Positions 40,952 to 50,429 of a DNA stretch of 64,000 bases are shown here, one piece after another. This DNA comes from Terriglobia bacterium. Lineage in GTDB: Bacteria > Acidobacteriota > Terriglobia > 20CM-2-55-15. Both the position numbers and the translations under genes were made by a program. The notes under the pieces were generated by a model that saw nothing but the letters and a program-made list of their open reading frames with translations, did not search any database and was not told the origin of the DNA. The stretch's first letter is position 1. Each line of letters starts with the position of its first letter. Location: NCBI GenBank assembly GCA_965198225.1, contig CBDAOY010000007.1, positions 768,001 to 832,000 of the forward strand, written 5' to 3'.

Positions 40952-43423
40952 TCACAGAGGTCCTCTTCGCCCACCCGAGGCTTCGAATTCCGCCAGGACC
41001 GTCCGAACGATGCTCCCGGCGTCGATGCCGTGGAGCGCCCGAACTGCCTCGAGACGGCCCGTCTTGCTGAAGCCCCTCGGCCCAAGGATCGCGACCGACC
41101 GACCCAGGGCACCGCCGATCCACTCCGCAACCTGGGGCGCGAAGTCCCCGACGACGACCATCGGGGTTCGTATCTCATCGTCGGGGATCAGGTCGTTCAG
41201 GTGATAGCCGGCCGACGGGTCCTCCCAGCGGTCCGGTTCACTCCAGTACCGTTCCCAGTCGCGTTTCATGCGCTCCCAGCTCGTGACGTTGCAGATGTTC
41301 ACGAACAGGCCCTGGTTGCGGAGAATCTCCGACGCCCGTATTGCCTCGACGATCACCGGACCCGTGGCGAACACGGATGCCGTGTTCCGTCCGGGCTCAT
41401 AGCCCGCTTCCCTCCGAAGCTCGAGATGCCAGTAGCCACCACGGATCACGTTTTCGCGGAAATCGGAGGTGTCGTCGATGTCGGGTTGCTCGATATCCTG
41501 AGTCGTCAGTCGCAGGTATACCGATTCTCCCTGCTCGGCCATGATCTGATCGATCGCCCAGTGGTAGATCACCTGGGTATCGGCTGCGAAGGCAGGTTCG
41601 TAGTAAATGATGTTGGGCAACCCCATAAACACAGCCGGTGTCTGGATCGACTGGTGTGTGCCCGACTCGCGGCTCAGGCTCGTCCCGGATGGTGTGCCCA
41701 CCGCGATGAAACGGGCTTTGTCGTAGAGGGCATAGTAGAGCTGGGTGTATGCGTGTTTCCAGAACACGTCGTAGATGGTGACGATGGGGATCAATCGCAC
41801 CTTGCCTTCGACGGCGAACTTCCCGCGACCCATTGCGAATGCCAGCAGCACGGCCACACCCTCGTTGATGGCGATGCTGTGAAACTGTCCAGCGGGGGTG
41901 AGCCGCCAGCCGAATGGCTGTTTCTTCTGTTCGCGGAGAAAACGCGTCAAGTCTTCGGGGGGATCTGTGTCGAAGACGCCCGAGGCCCGGATGACCCCGC
42001 CCAGGTGAGTCGTCAGTCCGACGTCTGGCGCGATGAACGCCAGATGTTTCCCGATCGACGAGCGCAGGTAAGCGAGGTTCAGGTTGCCGAAAACGGCCGA
42101 TGACGATCGCCTGCCCGACGTGGCGCTCCGAATCTCATCCCACGCCGGCGTCTTTTCGATGGGGTAGGACACCGAAGTCCGGGTGGTCTCCGGGAAGAGA
42201 TACTCGACCTGCTCGGAGAGCAACCTGGAGATGTCGCCGTCGGACGGCAGGGCGAAGGGGTCCCCCGCTGGAAAGCCGAGACGATTTCTGTATTCTTCCA
42301 TGAAGTCTTCGGAAAGCAAAGCGCCGTGGTTTTCCGGATGTCCCGCCCACCCCGGCAGACGCCATCCTTTGACCGTGTGGCACACGACCGCGGTCGGCCG
42401 ATCGCCCACGCTGCGCGCCTCTTCTTCCGCAGAGATCAGCGCAGCGAGGTCGTGTCCGCCGAGATCTTCCACCAACTCCTTCAGTTCGTCGTCGCTGTAG
42501 TCGGCGAGGACCTCGAGCGGCTCGTTCGCGGGTGAGCCCGACACGAACCGTCCGAGGAAATCTGCCATCGTTGGATCCTCGTGTTCGACCGAGCCCGTGA
42601 GTGCCTTCCGAATCGTTGCACCGTCCAGGAGCAACAGCGACTGGTAGTGCGAGTCCGACAGCGACTCCAGACGTCGCCGGAGCGTTGCGCCACCCTGCCG
42701 GTCGAACGTCGCCGTGATGCGCGATCCCCATCGCAGGTCGATCACGTGCCAGCCGTTGGCCTTGAAGAGACTGCTCGCCCAGGCGCCGGTACTGCCCTGC
42801 GGGCTGTCCTCCATCACCCGGTCCAGGCTCTGGCGGTTCAGGTCGATCCACCAGCAGAGGTTCGACAGCCGGCGCCGGCCGGCCTCGTAGAGCGAACCCC
42901 CGATCTGGAGTTCGGTCAACTCTCCGTCCCCGACGAGCGCGTGGTAGCGCGTGTCGATATCGGCGTCGAAATGTGCGTTCTGGACCACGGCCTCGTAGGC
43001 ATCTCCCACCGTGGCCGAGCAACCGAGGCCCTCGATGCTGGTCGAGTAGTCCACGAACGAGGGATGGTGATGCTGGGTCGGGTACGCCGGCGGCCCGCCC
43101 AACTCGCGAAGGTTTTCCATCTCGTTCCGGCTTACCCGACCCATCATGTACATCAGCGCGTAGAGAAAGGGAGCGGCGTGAGGTTTGACCGCGATCCGGT
43201 CCTGAGGGCGGCGGTGGTGCAGGTAGTGGGCCGTCAGGATGGATGAGGATGAAACAACACTGGCCTGATGCCCTCCGACTTTCGGCTTCTGACCTTTGTT
43301 TTCAGGCTTGTTGTTCGCCCAGTAGACCATCCAGACCGCAAGCCAGGAGGCCCAATCTTCGACGCGGCGTGTGAGCCCGGCAAAGCCCGTACTTGCGGCT
43401 GGTTCGACCTTCGGCTGCTTCAT
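40952..43423 (-). CDS. AceE-like homodimeric 2-oxoacid dehydrogenase E1 / transketolase-like ThDP enzyme
   Basis: VGGHQAS, KPHA, GDGELTE..LNRQSLD, GGHD, TVKGW, SRESGTHQS. Confidence 0.85.
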   Translation of the reverse strand: MKQPKVEPAASTGFAGLTRRVEDWASWLAVWMVYWANNKPENKGQKPKVGGHQASVVSSSSILTAHYLHHRRPQDRIAVKPHAAPFLYALMYMMGRVSRNEMENLRELGGPPAYPTQHHHPSFVDYSTSIEGLGCSATVGDAYEAVVQNAHFDADIDTRYHALVGDGELTELQIGGSLYEAGRRRLSNLCWWIDLNRQSLDRVMEDSPQGSTGAWASSLFKANGWHVIDLRWGSRITATFDRQGGATLRRRLESLSDSHYQSLLLLDGATIRKALTGSVEHEDPTMADFLGRFVSGSPANEPLEVLADYSDDELKELVEDLGGHDLAALISAEEEARSVGDRPTAVVCHTVKGWRLPGWAGHPENHGALLSEDFMEEYRNRLGFPAGDPFALPSDGDISRLLSEQVEYLFPETTRTSVSYPIEKTPAWDEIRSATSGRRSSSAVFGNLNLAYLRSSIGKHLAFIAPDVGLTTHLGGVIRASGVFDTDPPEDLTRFLREQKKQPFGWRLTPAGQFHSIAINEGVAVLLAFAMGRGKFAVEGKVRLIPIVTIYDVFWKHAYTQLYYALYDKARFIAVGTPSGTSLSRESGTHQSIQTPAVFMGLPNIIYYEPAFAADTQVIYHWAIDQIMAEQGESVYLRLTTQDIEQPDIDDTSDFRENVIRGGYWHLELRREAGYEPGRNTASVFATGPVIVEAIRASEILRNQGLFVNICNVTSWERMKRDWERYWSEPDRWEDPSAGYHLNDLIPDDEIRTPMVVVGDFAPQVAEWIGGALGRSVAILGPRGFSKTGRLEAVRALHGIDAGSIVRTVLAEFEASGGRRGPL

Positions 43424-43572
43424 ACCAACACCAGTCCGTCATTGTAAGGTGTTCCCAAAGGTGCAAGCCAATCGAAAGCGTCGGGGGAGCAACGCGGCCG
43501 TTCTCGAGCTTACTAACGACGCCCAACCGGATCTGCTATTATTGCGGCACCATTTTTGAGGAGGAGTTCCCG

Positions 43573-44952
43573 GTGGCCTCAGCCAATCCGCTGAAACAGA
43601 TCATGAACATCAGGCGCGATGAGTTGCCTCAGGCGCTCTTGATGTTCTCCTACTTTTTTATGGTCATTGCGACGTTCTGGATACTCCGGCCGCTGAAAAA
43701 AGGGCTGTTGCTGGAGCTATACGACCAGACACCGTTCAACTTCGTCGGGTGGCAGTTCAATGCCGCTCAAGCTGAGAGTATCGCCAAGATCGGCAATATG
43801 GTTGTCGCGGTTTTTGCTGCGAGCGCGTTCATATACCTGGCCCGGTCCCTCCAGCGGCAACAACTCACGTATGTGTTCTCAACTTTTTCGATTGCTTGCT
43901 TCGCGCTGTTCAGCTACGCGGTTGTCGATCGCGGGGCCGCGACCGTCTGGGCCTTCTACTGGTTCGGTGATCTTTACAATACCTTGATGGTCGCAACGTT
44001 CTTCGCCTTCCTGAACGACAGTGTCGCTCCCCAAGTTGCAAAGAGGCTCTATGGACTCATCGTCCTCGGCGGCGTTGCGGGGGGCGCGTTCGGTGCCACG
44101 GTCCTCGCTGTCTGGCTCAGTGAACTTTCCCTGTCCGGATGGCTCTGGGTCTGCGTGGGTGTCACGATTGTGATCATAGCGGTAGCGGCATTTGCGGGAC
44201 GGTTGTTCGGCGCCGTCGAGCCGCGGGAGGCCGAAACGGGACCACCGCCGTCGACCGGCTCTGTGGGTGCCAGTGTCCGGCTGGTCTCCAAGTCGCGGTA
44301 TCTCCTGGCGATAGTCGCTGTGGTGGGCTTGTATGAAATGATCTCGACGATCATGGACTTTCAGTACAGCTCCACGATCACGTACTATCTGGACGGAGAC
44401 GCCATCACGGCCTGGGTCGCCACGGTTTCTTCCTTCACGAATTGGGTCGCGCTGTTCGTGCAGTTGTTCCTGACCAGCTTCGTCATGACCCGATTCGGCG
44501 TCGGGGCAGCCTTGCTGGTCTTGCCGGTCGCGGCGTTGTTGGGGTCAGTCGGCTTTCTCGCCGCTCCGATTCTGTTGATCGGCAGCTTCCTGAATACCAG
44601 CGACAATGGCTTCGCGTACTCGATCAACCAGTCGGCCAAAGAGGTCCTCTACACCCCGACGACCAAAGCGGAGAAGTATCAGGCGAAGGCGATCATCGAC
44701 ATGTTCGTGCAGCGATTCGCCAAAGCGGTTGCGGTCGTCCTGAGTCTGGCCATAACGACGGTATTCGTGGGCTTTGGCAGCGTGCGATGGTTGTCCCTCG
44801 TCTCTATCGTGATTCTTCTCGCGTGGATCAAGGTCGCTCGCTTCGCGGGTGGCGAATTCCAGAGACTGTCGTCGCAGGCCGAACCGCCTCGATCGGATTC
44901 GGTCGACATTCCACTCGACAAGCGGGCTCCTGACACCGAGTTTGCATCGTAG
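43573..44952 (+). CDS. NTT/Npt (TLC ATP/ADP translocase-like) transporter
   Basis: ILRPLK, AKRLYGLI..GG, KEVLYTP..KYQAKAIID; about 12 TM segments. Confidence 0.85.
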   Translation: MASANPLKQIMNIRRDELPQALLMFSYFFMVIATFWILRPLKKGLLLELYDQTPFNFVGWQFNAAQAESIAKIGNMVVAVFAASAFIYLARSLQRQQLTYVFSTFSIACFALFSYAVVDRGAATVWAFYWFGDLYNTLMVATFFAFLNDSVAPQVAKRLYGLIVLGGVAGGAFGATVLAVWLSELSLSGWLWVCVGVTIVIIAVAAFAGRLFGAVEPREAETGPPPSTGSVGASVRLVSKSRYLLAIVAVVGLYEMISTIMDFQYSSTITYYLDGDAITAWVATVSSFTNWVALFVQLFLTSFVMTRFGVGAALLVLPVAALLGSVGFLAAPILLIGSFLNTSDNGFAYSINQSAKEVLYTPTTKAEKYQAKAIIDMFVQRFAKAVAVVLSLAITTVFVGFGSVRWLSLVSIVILLAWIKVARFAGGEFQRLSSQAEPPRSDSVDIPLDKRAPDTEFAS

Positions 44953-45021
44953 CCAACCCCCCGGATAGCTCCTGCCAACGTCGCCCGATCCGGGCACCCT
45001 GCGGTACAATCCGCTGCACAC

Positions 45022-47246
45022 ATGTCGAGCCGCTCCAGCGCCGATCTTACGACCTATGCCGCCGCGGGCGGCGCTGCTGTCATGATCGCCAACCAGGTTG
45101 GCGCGAAAGCGACACGCGACGCCCTTTTCCTCTCGAACTTCGGCATCGATGACCTACCCTACATGCTCATCGGTGCGGCTGTCTTCTCGATCCTGACAGT
45201 TCTCTGGGGATCCCGACTGATGGCGAAGTGGACGCCGTCCCGGGTGATTCCTGTCGTGTTCGGAGCCAGCGCTCTGCTGCTGGTTGCGGAGTGGGCCCTG
45301 TGGCACCAGTCGCCGAGGCTTGCGGCCGTTGTCGTCTACCTCCATGTTGCGGCCTTTGGATCGTTTCTCATCTCCGGGTTCTGGTCGATCATCAACGAGC
45401 GATTCGATCCGAGAACGGCCAAGAAGAAAGTGGGGTTGATTGCGGGCGGGGGTACGCTGGGCGGCCTGCTGGGCGGCCTGCTGGCTGAAAGGGTAGCGGC
45501 AGCGTTCACCGTTTCCACGATGCTGCCGCTTCTGGGAGTGTTGCATCTCGCGTGCGGTCTGATGGTGTACATGGTTCGAACGCCCACAGTTCGGCGTTCG
45601 AAGAGCGCGGAGATGAGCGTCGAGACCTCGGGCCTGGGATACGTCCGACGGGTGCAGTATCTGCGGAATATCGCGCTGCTCATCGTCCTCAGCACGGCGG
45701 GAGCGACACTGTTGGACTACGTGTTCAAGGCGCGAGCGTTCGCGACGTACACCGATGCTGAGGATCTGATGCGGTTTTTTGCCGTCTTCTACGCTGCCGT
45801 CGGCCTAGCCACGTTCATCCTGCAGACGAGCCTGAGCCGGGTGTCGCTCGAGAAGCTGGGCTTGGCGCGGACGATCGCTCTCTTACCTTCGCTCACTGCG
45901 GTGGGTAGTTTTGCAATGCTCTTTGCTTCTGGCCTGGCCGGCGCCGGGGTCGTGCGGGGTGGGGAGGCGGCAATGAGGAGTTCACTCTTCAGGTCCGGGT
46001 ACGAACTGCTCTACACTCCGGTTTCTCCGCGCCAGAAGCGCGCGGCGAAATCCATCATCGATGTTGGATTCGACCGTGTCGCCGACGCTTTCGGCGCGAT
46101 CTTAATTCGCCTGCTGCTGCTGTTGGGTCCCGGTCTGGCCTTCCCGTCCATGCTCGCAGGCGCTATTGTCCTCGCCGGCCTCGGGCTGATCGTCTCGTTC
46201 AGACTACATCGAGGCTACGTCGACGCGCTAGCCGATCGCCTCGTGCATCGTGCCGAGGAACTGGAGATTCCCGAATTAAGGGAGACGGCTGCCGATTCGG
46301 CGGTCATGCACACCCTGGGCAGCCTCGATCTGAGTCGCGTGCTCGGCCGGGAAAAATCGTCTCTCGGTCGAGAGAAGTCGTCCCGCCGAAGAGGGGTAAC
46401 CCCGGGTTCGGGGGGGGCGCGCGGGATTGTCCAACGCCCCGAGCCCGAGACCGATGCGATCCTCGTGGCCGCGGCCGACTTACGCTCAGGTGACGCAACC
46501 CGGGTCCGACAACGTTTGAAGGAAGACCTGCAACCGGTCCTGTCGTCTCTGGCGGTCTCTCTGCTGGCTTGGAACGACGTCAGTGACAGCGCTTCAAAGC
46601 GTTGCGCCGGATCGCCCCAAGGATAGTCGGTGAACTGACCGACGCGTTGGCGGATCGAGAGCGTGACTTTGCCATCCGGCGCCGCATTCCTCGTATCCTG
46701 GCAGCCTGTGAATCCACGCGCGGCGTGGACGGTCTGATGGTTGGGCTTTTGGATCGGCGCTTCGAGGTCCGTTATCAAAGTGCCGCGGGATTGGCCCGGA
46801 TTCACGGACGGCGACCCGACCTCGTGATGGCAGCGGATCGCGTCAGCAAGGCAATTCTTCGGGAACTGGAGGTCGACAAGCTGGGATGGCAGAGTCGTCG
46901 GCTCGTGGATTCCGGGGACTCGGCAGAAATCGATCAGCTCCTGGAGGACCGGGCCGACCTGAGCCTCGAACATATCTTCAGGATGCTCTCGCTGTTCCTG
47001 GAGAGAGAACCGCTCCAGATTGCTCTCCGAGGGCTCCACACCGACGATGGGCAACTGCGAGGAACAGCGTTCGAATACCTGGAGACCGTCCTTCCACCGC
47101 GGATTCGGGAGCGGCTGTGGCCCTTCCTCGAAGATCAGCGGCCGCGCCAGCCTCGAGACCGGAGGACCGCAGATGTTTTGTCGCAGTTGATGCTCTCCCG
47201 CCGGTCTATCGAGAGCAACCTGGCCGACCTCAGAAAGAAGCGCTGA
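45022..47246 (+). CDS. NTT/Npt transporter fused to HEAT-like repeats (1-bp frameshift near 46592)
   Basis: KATRDALFLS, FDPRTAKK, ELLYTP..KRAAKSIID; downstream frame IRRRIPRIL, EVRYQSAAGL, LRGTAFEYLE. Confidence 0.78.
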
Positions 47247-47298
47247 GGCCGGTTAGAGCGAAGTGTCACTGATCACCATGCCCTCGGCGATAGCGTCC

Positions 47299-47327
47299 TT
47301 GACACGTTCGGACACGACAGCTAAAGT
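47299..47327 (+). promoter_or_regulatory. Sigma70-like promoter of the lactate permease gene
   Basis: TTGACA-17 nt-TAAAGT. Confidence 0.55.
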
Positions 47328-47378
47328 GCAGCAACTCATTACTGATCTGTTATAGCAGGCCCACACGAGGAGACGGCG

Positions 47379-49052
47379 ATGACATACGCACTCGCAGCAT
47401 TTCTGCCGGTTCTGGCCGTTATGTTCTTCCTGGTCGTCCTTCGATGGCCGGCCGTTCGGGCGATGCCCGTCGCCTACGTGTTAACCGTGATCGTCGCCCT
47501 GTCGGTGTGGCAGGTTCCGGCCCTGCACGTGGTGGGCGCGACGCTGCGTGGGGGGATGATTGCGTTGACGCTCCTTTGGATCATCTTCGGAGCGATTCTG
47601 TTGCTGTTTACTCTGCGCGAGAGCGGCGCGGTCACGACCATCCGGCGAGGTTTCATGGGCATCTCCCGGGACCGGCGCATCCAGCTGATCATCGTGGCGT
47701 GGCTGTTCGGCTCCTTCATCGAAGGGGCTGCGGGTTTCGGAACTCCCGCCGCGGTTGCCGCTCCGTTGTTGCTCGCACTGGGTTTCCCGGCGCTGGCCGC
47801 GGTCATGATGACCCTGATCATCCAGAGCACCCCGGTCAGCTTCGGTGCGGTCGGCACTCCTATCCTCGTCGGTATGGGACAATCTCTGAACGTTCCGCAG
47901 GTCGAGGAGGCGCTCGCCGCCGCCGGCATCACCTACACGGAATTCATCTACCGCCTCGGGGTGTTCACCGCTATGCCGCACGCGGTGGCAGGGACACTCA
48001 TACCCCTGATTATTGTCTGCATGATGACTCGCTTTTTCGGGGAGAACAGATCGTTTCGCGAAGGACTGGGAGTATGGAAGTTCGCCTTGTTCGCGGGCTT
48101 CAGCTTCGTCATTCCGTACTTGCTGGTCGCGGTTTTTCTGGGACCGGAATTCCCGGCCCTGCTCGGGGGTCTCGCCGGCCTGGCGATCGTGGTGACCGCG
48201 GCCCGAAAGGGCTTGTTCCTGCCCGAGGGAGAGCCGTGGGACTTTCCGGATCGGTCGAAGTGGGAAAAGCAGTGGGTGGGTAACATCACCGCGGAAGCCG
48301 GTGAAGAGCGCCATCACATGACGCTGTTGCTGGCGTGGACGCCTTACCTGCTCGTCGCCGCCCTGCTCGTGTTGACGCGGTTGCCGTTCCTCCCGTTCCG
48401 GGGCTGGCTGACCTCTTTCAGTTTCACCTGGTCGAACATTGCGGGAACGAGTCTGTCCCAGAGCGTCGAGCCGCTCTACCTGCCGGGTACGATCTTTATC
48501 ATCGTCGCGCTGACGACGATCTTCATCCATCGCATGTCGAAGGATGAGGCCCGCATGGCCTGGTCGGACGCCGCGCACAAGATGGCGGGACCAGCGCTGG
48601 CTCTGCTGTTCGCGGTCGGCTTGGTCCGCGTGTTCATCGATTCCAATACCAACGCATCCGGGCTGGACAGCATGCCGCTGGTGCTTGCCGAATACGTTGC
48701 GGGGATCGCGCAGGGGTCATGGCCTTTCTTCGCGCCGATCATCGGAGCGATGGGCGCGTTCGTTGCGGGCAGCAACACAGTCAGCGACCTCATGTTTGCC
48801 CTGTTCCAGTACGGTGTCGCCGACCGGATCGGTACTTCGCGGATCGTCATCCTGGGTATCCAGGCGGTGGGCGGCGCGGCCGGGAACATGATCTGCGTAC
48901 ACAATGTCGTCGCGGCGAGCGCGACGGTCGGGCTGGTCGGCCGGGAGGGGGCGTTGATTCGTCGAACGATCATCCCGATGACGTATTATCTAATCGTGAC
49001 CGGCACGCTCGGCCTGCTCTTTTCATACGTTCTGTTCCCGGACATGTTCTGA
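47379..49052 (+). CDS. lctP: L-lactate permease
   Basis: [44 protein letters not shown]. Confidence 0.92.
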   Translation: MTYALAAFLPVLAVMFFLVVLRWPAVRAMPVAYVLTVIVALSVWQVPALHVVGATLRGGMIALTLLWIIFGAILLLFTLRESGAVTTIRRGFMGISRDRRIQLIIVAWLFGSFIEGAAGFGTPAAVAAPLLLALGFPALAAVMMTLIIQSTPVSFGAVGTPILVGMGQSLNVPQVEEALAAAGITYTEFIYRLGVFTAMPHAVAGTLIPLIIVCMMTRFFGENRSFREGLGVWKFALFAGFSFVIPYLLVAVFLGPEFPALLGGLAGLAIVVTAARKGLFLPEGEPWDFPDRSKWEKQWVGNITAEAGEERHHMTLLLAWTPYLLVAALLVLTRLPFLPFRGWLTSFSFTWSNIAGTSLSQSVEPLYLPGTIFIIVALTTIFIHRMSKDEARMAWSDAAHKMAGPALALLFAVGLVRVFIDSNTNASGLDSMPLVLAEYVAGIAQGSWPFFAPIIGAMGAFVAGSNTVSDLMFALFQYGVADRIGTSRIVILGIQAVGGAAGNMICVHNVVAASATVGLVGREGALIRRTIIPMTYYLIVTGTLGLLFSYVLFPDMF

Positions 49053-49086
49053 GGCGGTTGAGATCTCCGGCACACAAGGACACACC

Positions 49087-50331
49087 ACGGACTCACGTCG
49101 AGTCATTACCACCTACTACCTGATCGCCGGCCTGTATACCTTGTCGGCAGCGTTGATATGGGGTGTCAACACGCTGTTCCTGCTGGGGGCGGGTCTCGAC
49201 ATATTCGGCGTCTTTCTCGCCAACGGCGCGTTCACGGCCGGGAACGTCGTCTTCGAGATCCCGACAGGGGTTCTGGCCGATACGCGGGGGCGTCGTCTCT
49301 CGTTCCTGCTGAGCGTCGCCATCCTGTTCGTGGGGACCCTCGCCTATGTCGGTGTCGCCAGCGTCGGTGCCGGTCTCGGGGCGTTCGTCGCGGTGTCGCT
49401 CCTCCTCGGTCTCGGCTTCACCTTCTACTCCGGCGCCGTGGAGGCGTGGTTGGTTGACGCACTCCGAAGCTCCGGCTACGAGGGTCAGTTTGACAGTGTC
49501 TTCGCCCGAGGCTCGATGGTCACGGGCGCCGCGATGCTGGTCGGAACGATCGGCGGTGGTCTGCTGGGCACATTGGATCTTGCTCTGCCGTACCTGGTCC
49601 GGAGCGTGATGCTGGGGGCGGTCTTCGTCGTCGCATACGTGGGGATGCGGGATCTCGGATTCACGCCGCGAGCCATCGGACGCCAGGGGTTTGCTCGCGC
49701 CATGAAAGCGGTTGCCCGCTCGAGTGTCGACAGCGGCTGGCGGACGCCGTCTGTCCGGCTCCTCATGATGGCCTCGTTTGTTCAGTGGGGATTCCTGGCG
49801 TGGGGGTTCTACGCCTGGCAGCCCTATTTCCTCGAGCTGCTGGGCCGTCAGGCCGTGTGGGTCGCCGGGGTTGTGTCGGCGTTGGTTTCGGCTTCCATGA
49901 TCGCCGGTAATGCCCTGGTCGACTGGTTCAGCCGGTTTTGTGGAAGGCGGACGACTCTGTTGCTCTGGGCGGCTGCTGCCCAGACCCTCGCAGCCATCGG
50001 AGTCGGGTTGGTGGACTCTTTTGCCGCGGCGGTTGCCCTGTTCGTTGTCGTCACCGGTGCGGCCGGCGTGATCGGCCCCGTCAAACAGGCCTACATGCAC
50101 CAGGTCATCCCGTCCGAGGCTCGGGCGTCAGTCATATCGTTCGATTCGCTGATGGGAAACGCAGGAGGACTCTTCTCCCAGGGCGGGCTCGGGTATCTTT
50201 CTCGCGCTCGATCGATTCCGGAAAGCTACGTGGTTGGGGGGATTGCCACTCTGCTGGCGCTGCCACCGCTCATCCTTCTTCGACGCCGAGGGTGGCGAGG
50301 GACAAGTGACGAGTGTAGGTGCGCTCTATGA
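49087..50331 (+). CDS. MFS transporter (start uncertain: ACG at 49087 or TTG at 49141)
   Basis: FEIPTGVLADTRGRRLS, FYSGAVEAW; about 12 TM segments. Confidence 0.85.
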   Translation, partial: TDSRRVITTYYLIAGLYTLSAALIWGVNTLFLLGAGLDIFGVFLANGAFTAGNVVFEIPTGVLADTRGRRLSFLLSVAILFVGTLAYVGVASVGAGLGAFVAVSLLLGLGFTFYSGAVEAWLVDALRSSGYEGQFDSVFARGSMVTGAAMLVGTIGGGLLGTLDLALPYLVRSVMLGAVFVVAYVGMRDLGFTPRAIGRQGFARAMKAVARSSVDSGWRTPSVRLLMMASFVQWGFLAWGFYAWQPYFLELLGRQAVWVAGVVSALVSASMIAGNALVDWFSRFCGRRTTLLLWAAAAQTLAAIGVGLVDSFAAAVALFVVVTGAAGVIGPVKQAYMHQVIPSEARASVISFDSLMGNAGGLFSQGGLGYLSRARSIPESYVVGGIATLLALPPLILLRRRGWRGTSDECRCAL

Positions 50332-50380
50332 GCGCACATCCCTCAAGCTCGAAAGATGTGCGGTCATAGACCGCACCTAC
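50315..50380. repeat. GTAG-type REP doublet overlapping the MFS stop codon
   Basis: Same two REP variants as at 26012 and 39369. Confidence 0.8.
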
Positions 50381-50429
50381 ACCTCTCCCCCTCACATTGG
50401 CTCCCTTGCGGACCGTTCGCCTTAACGGC

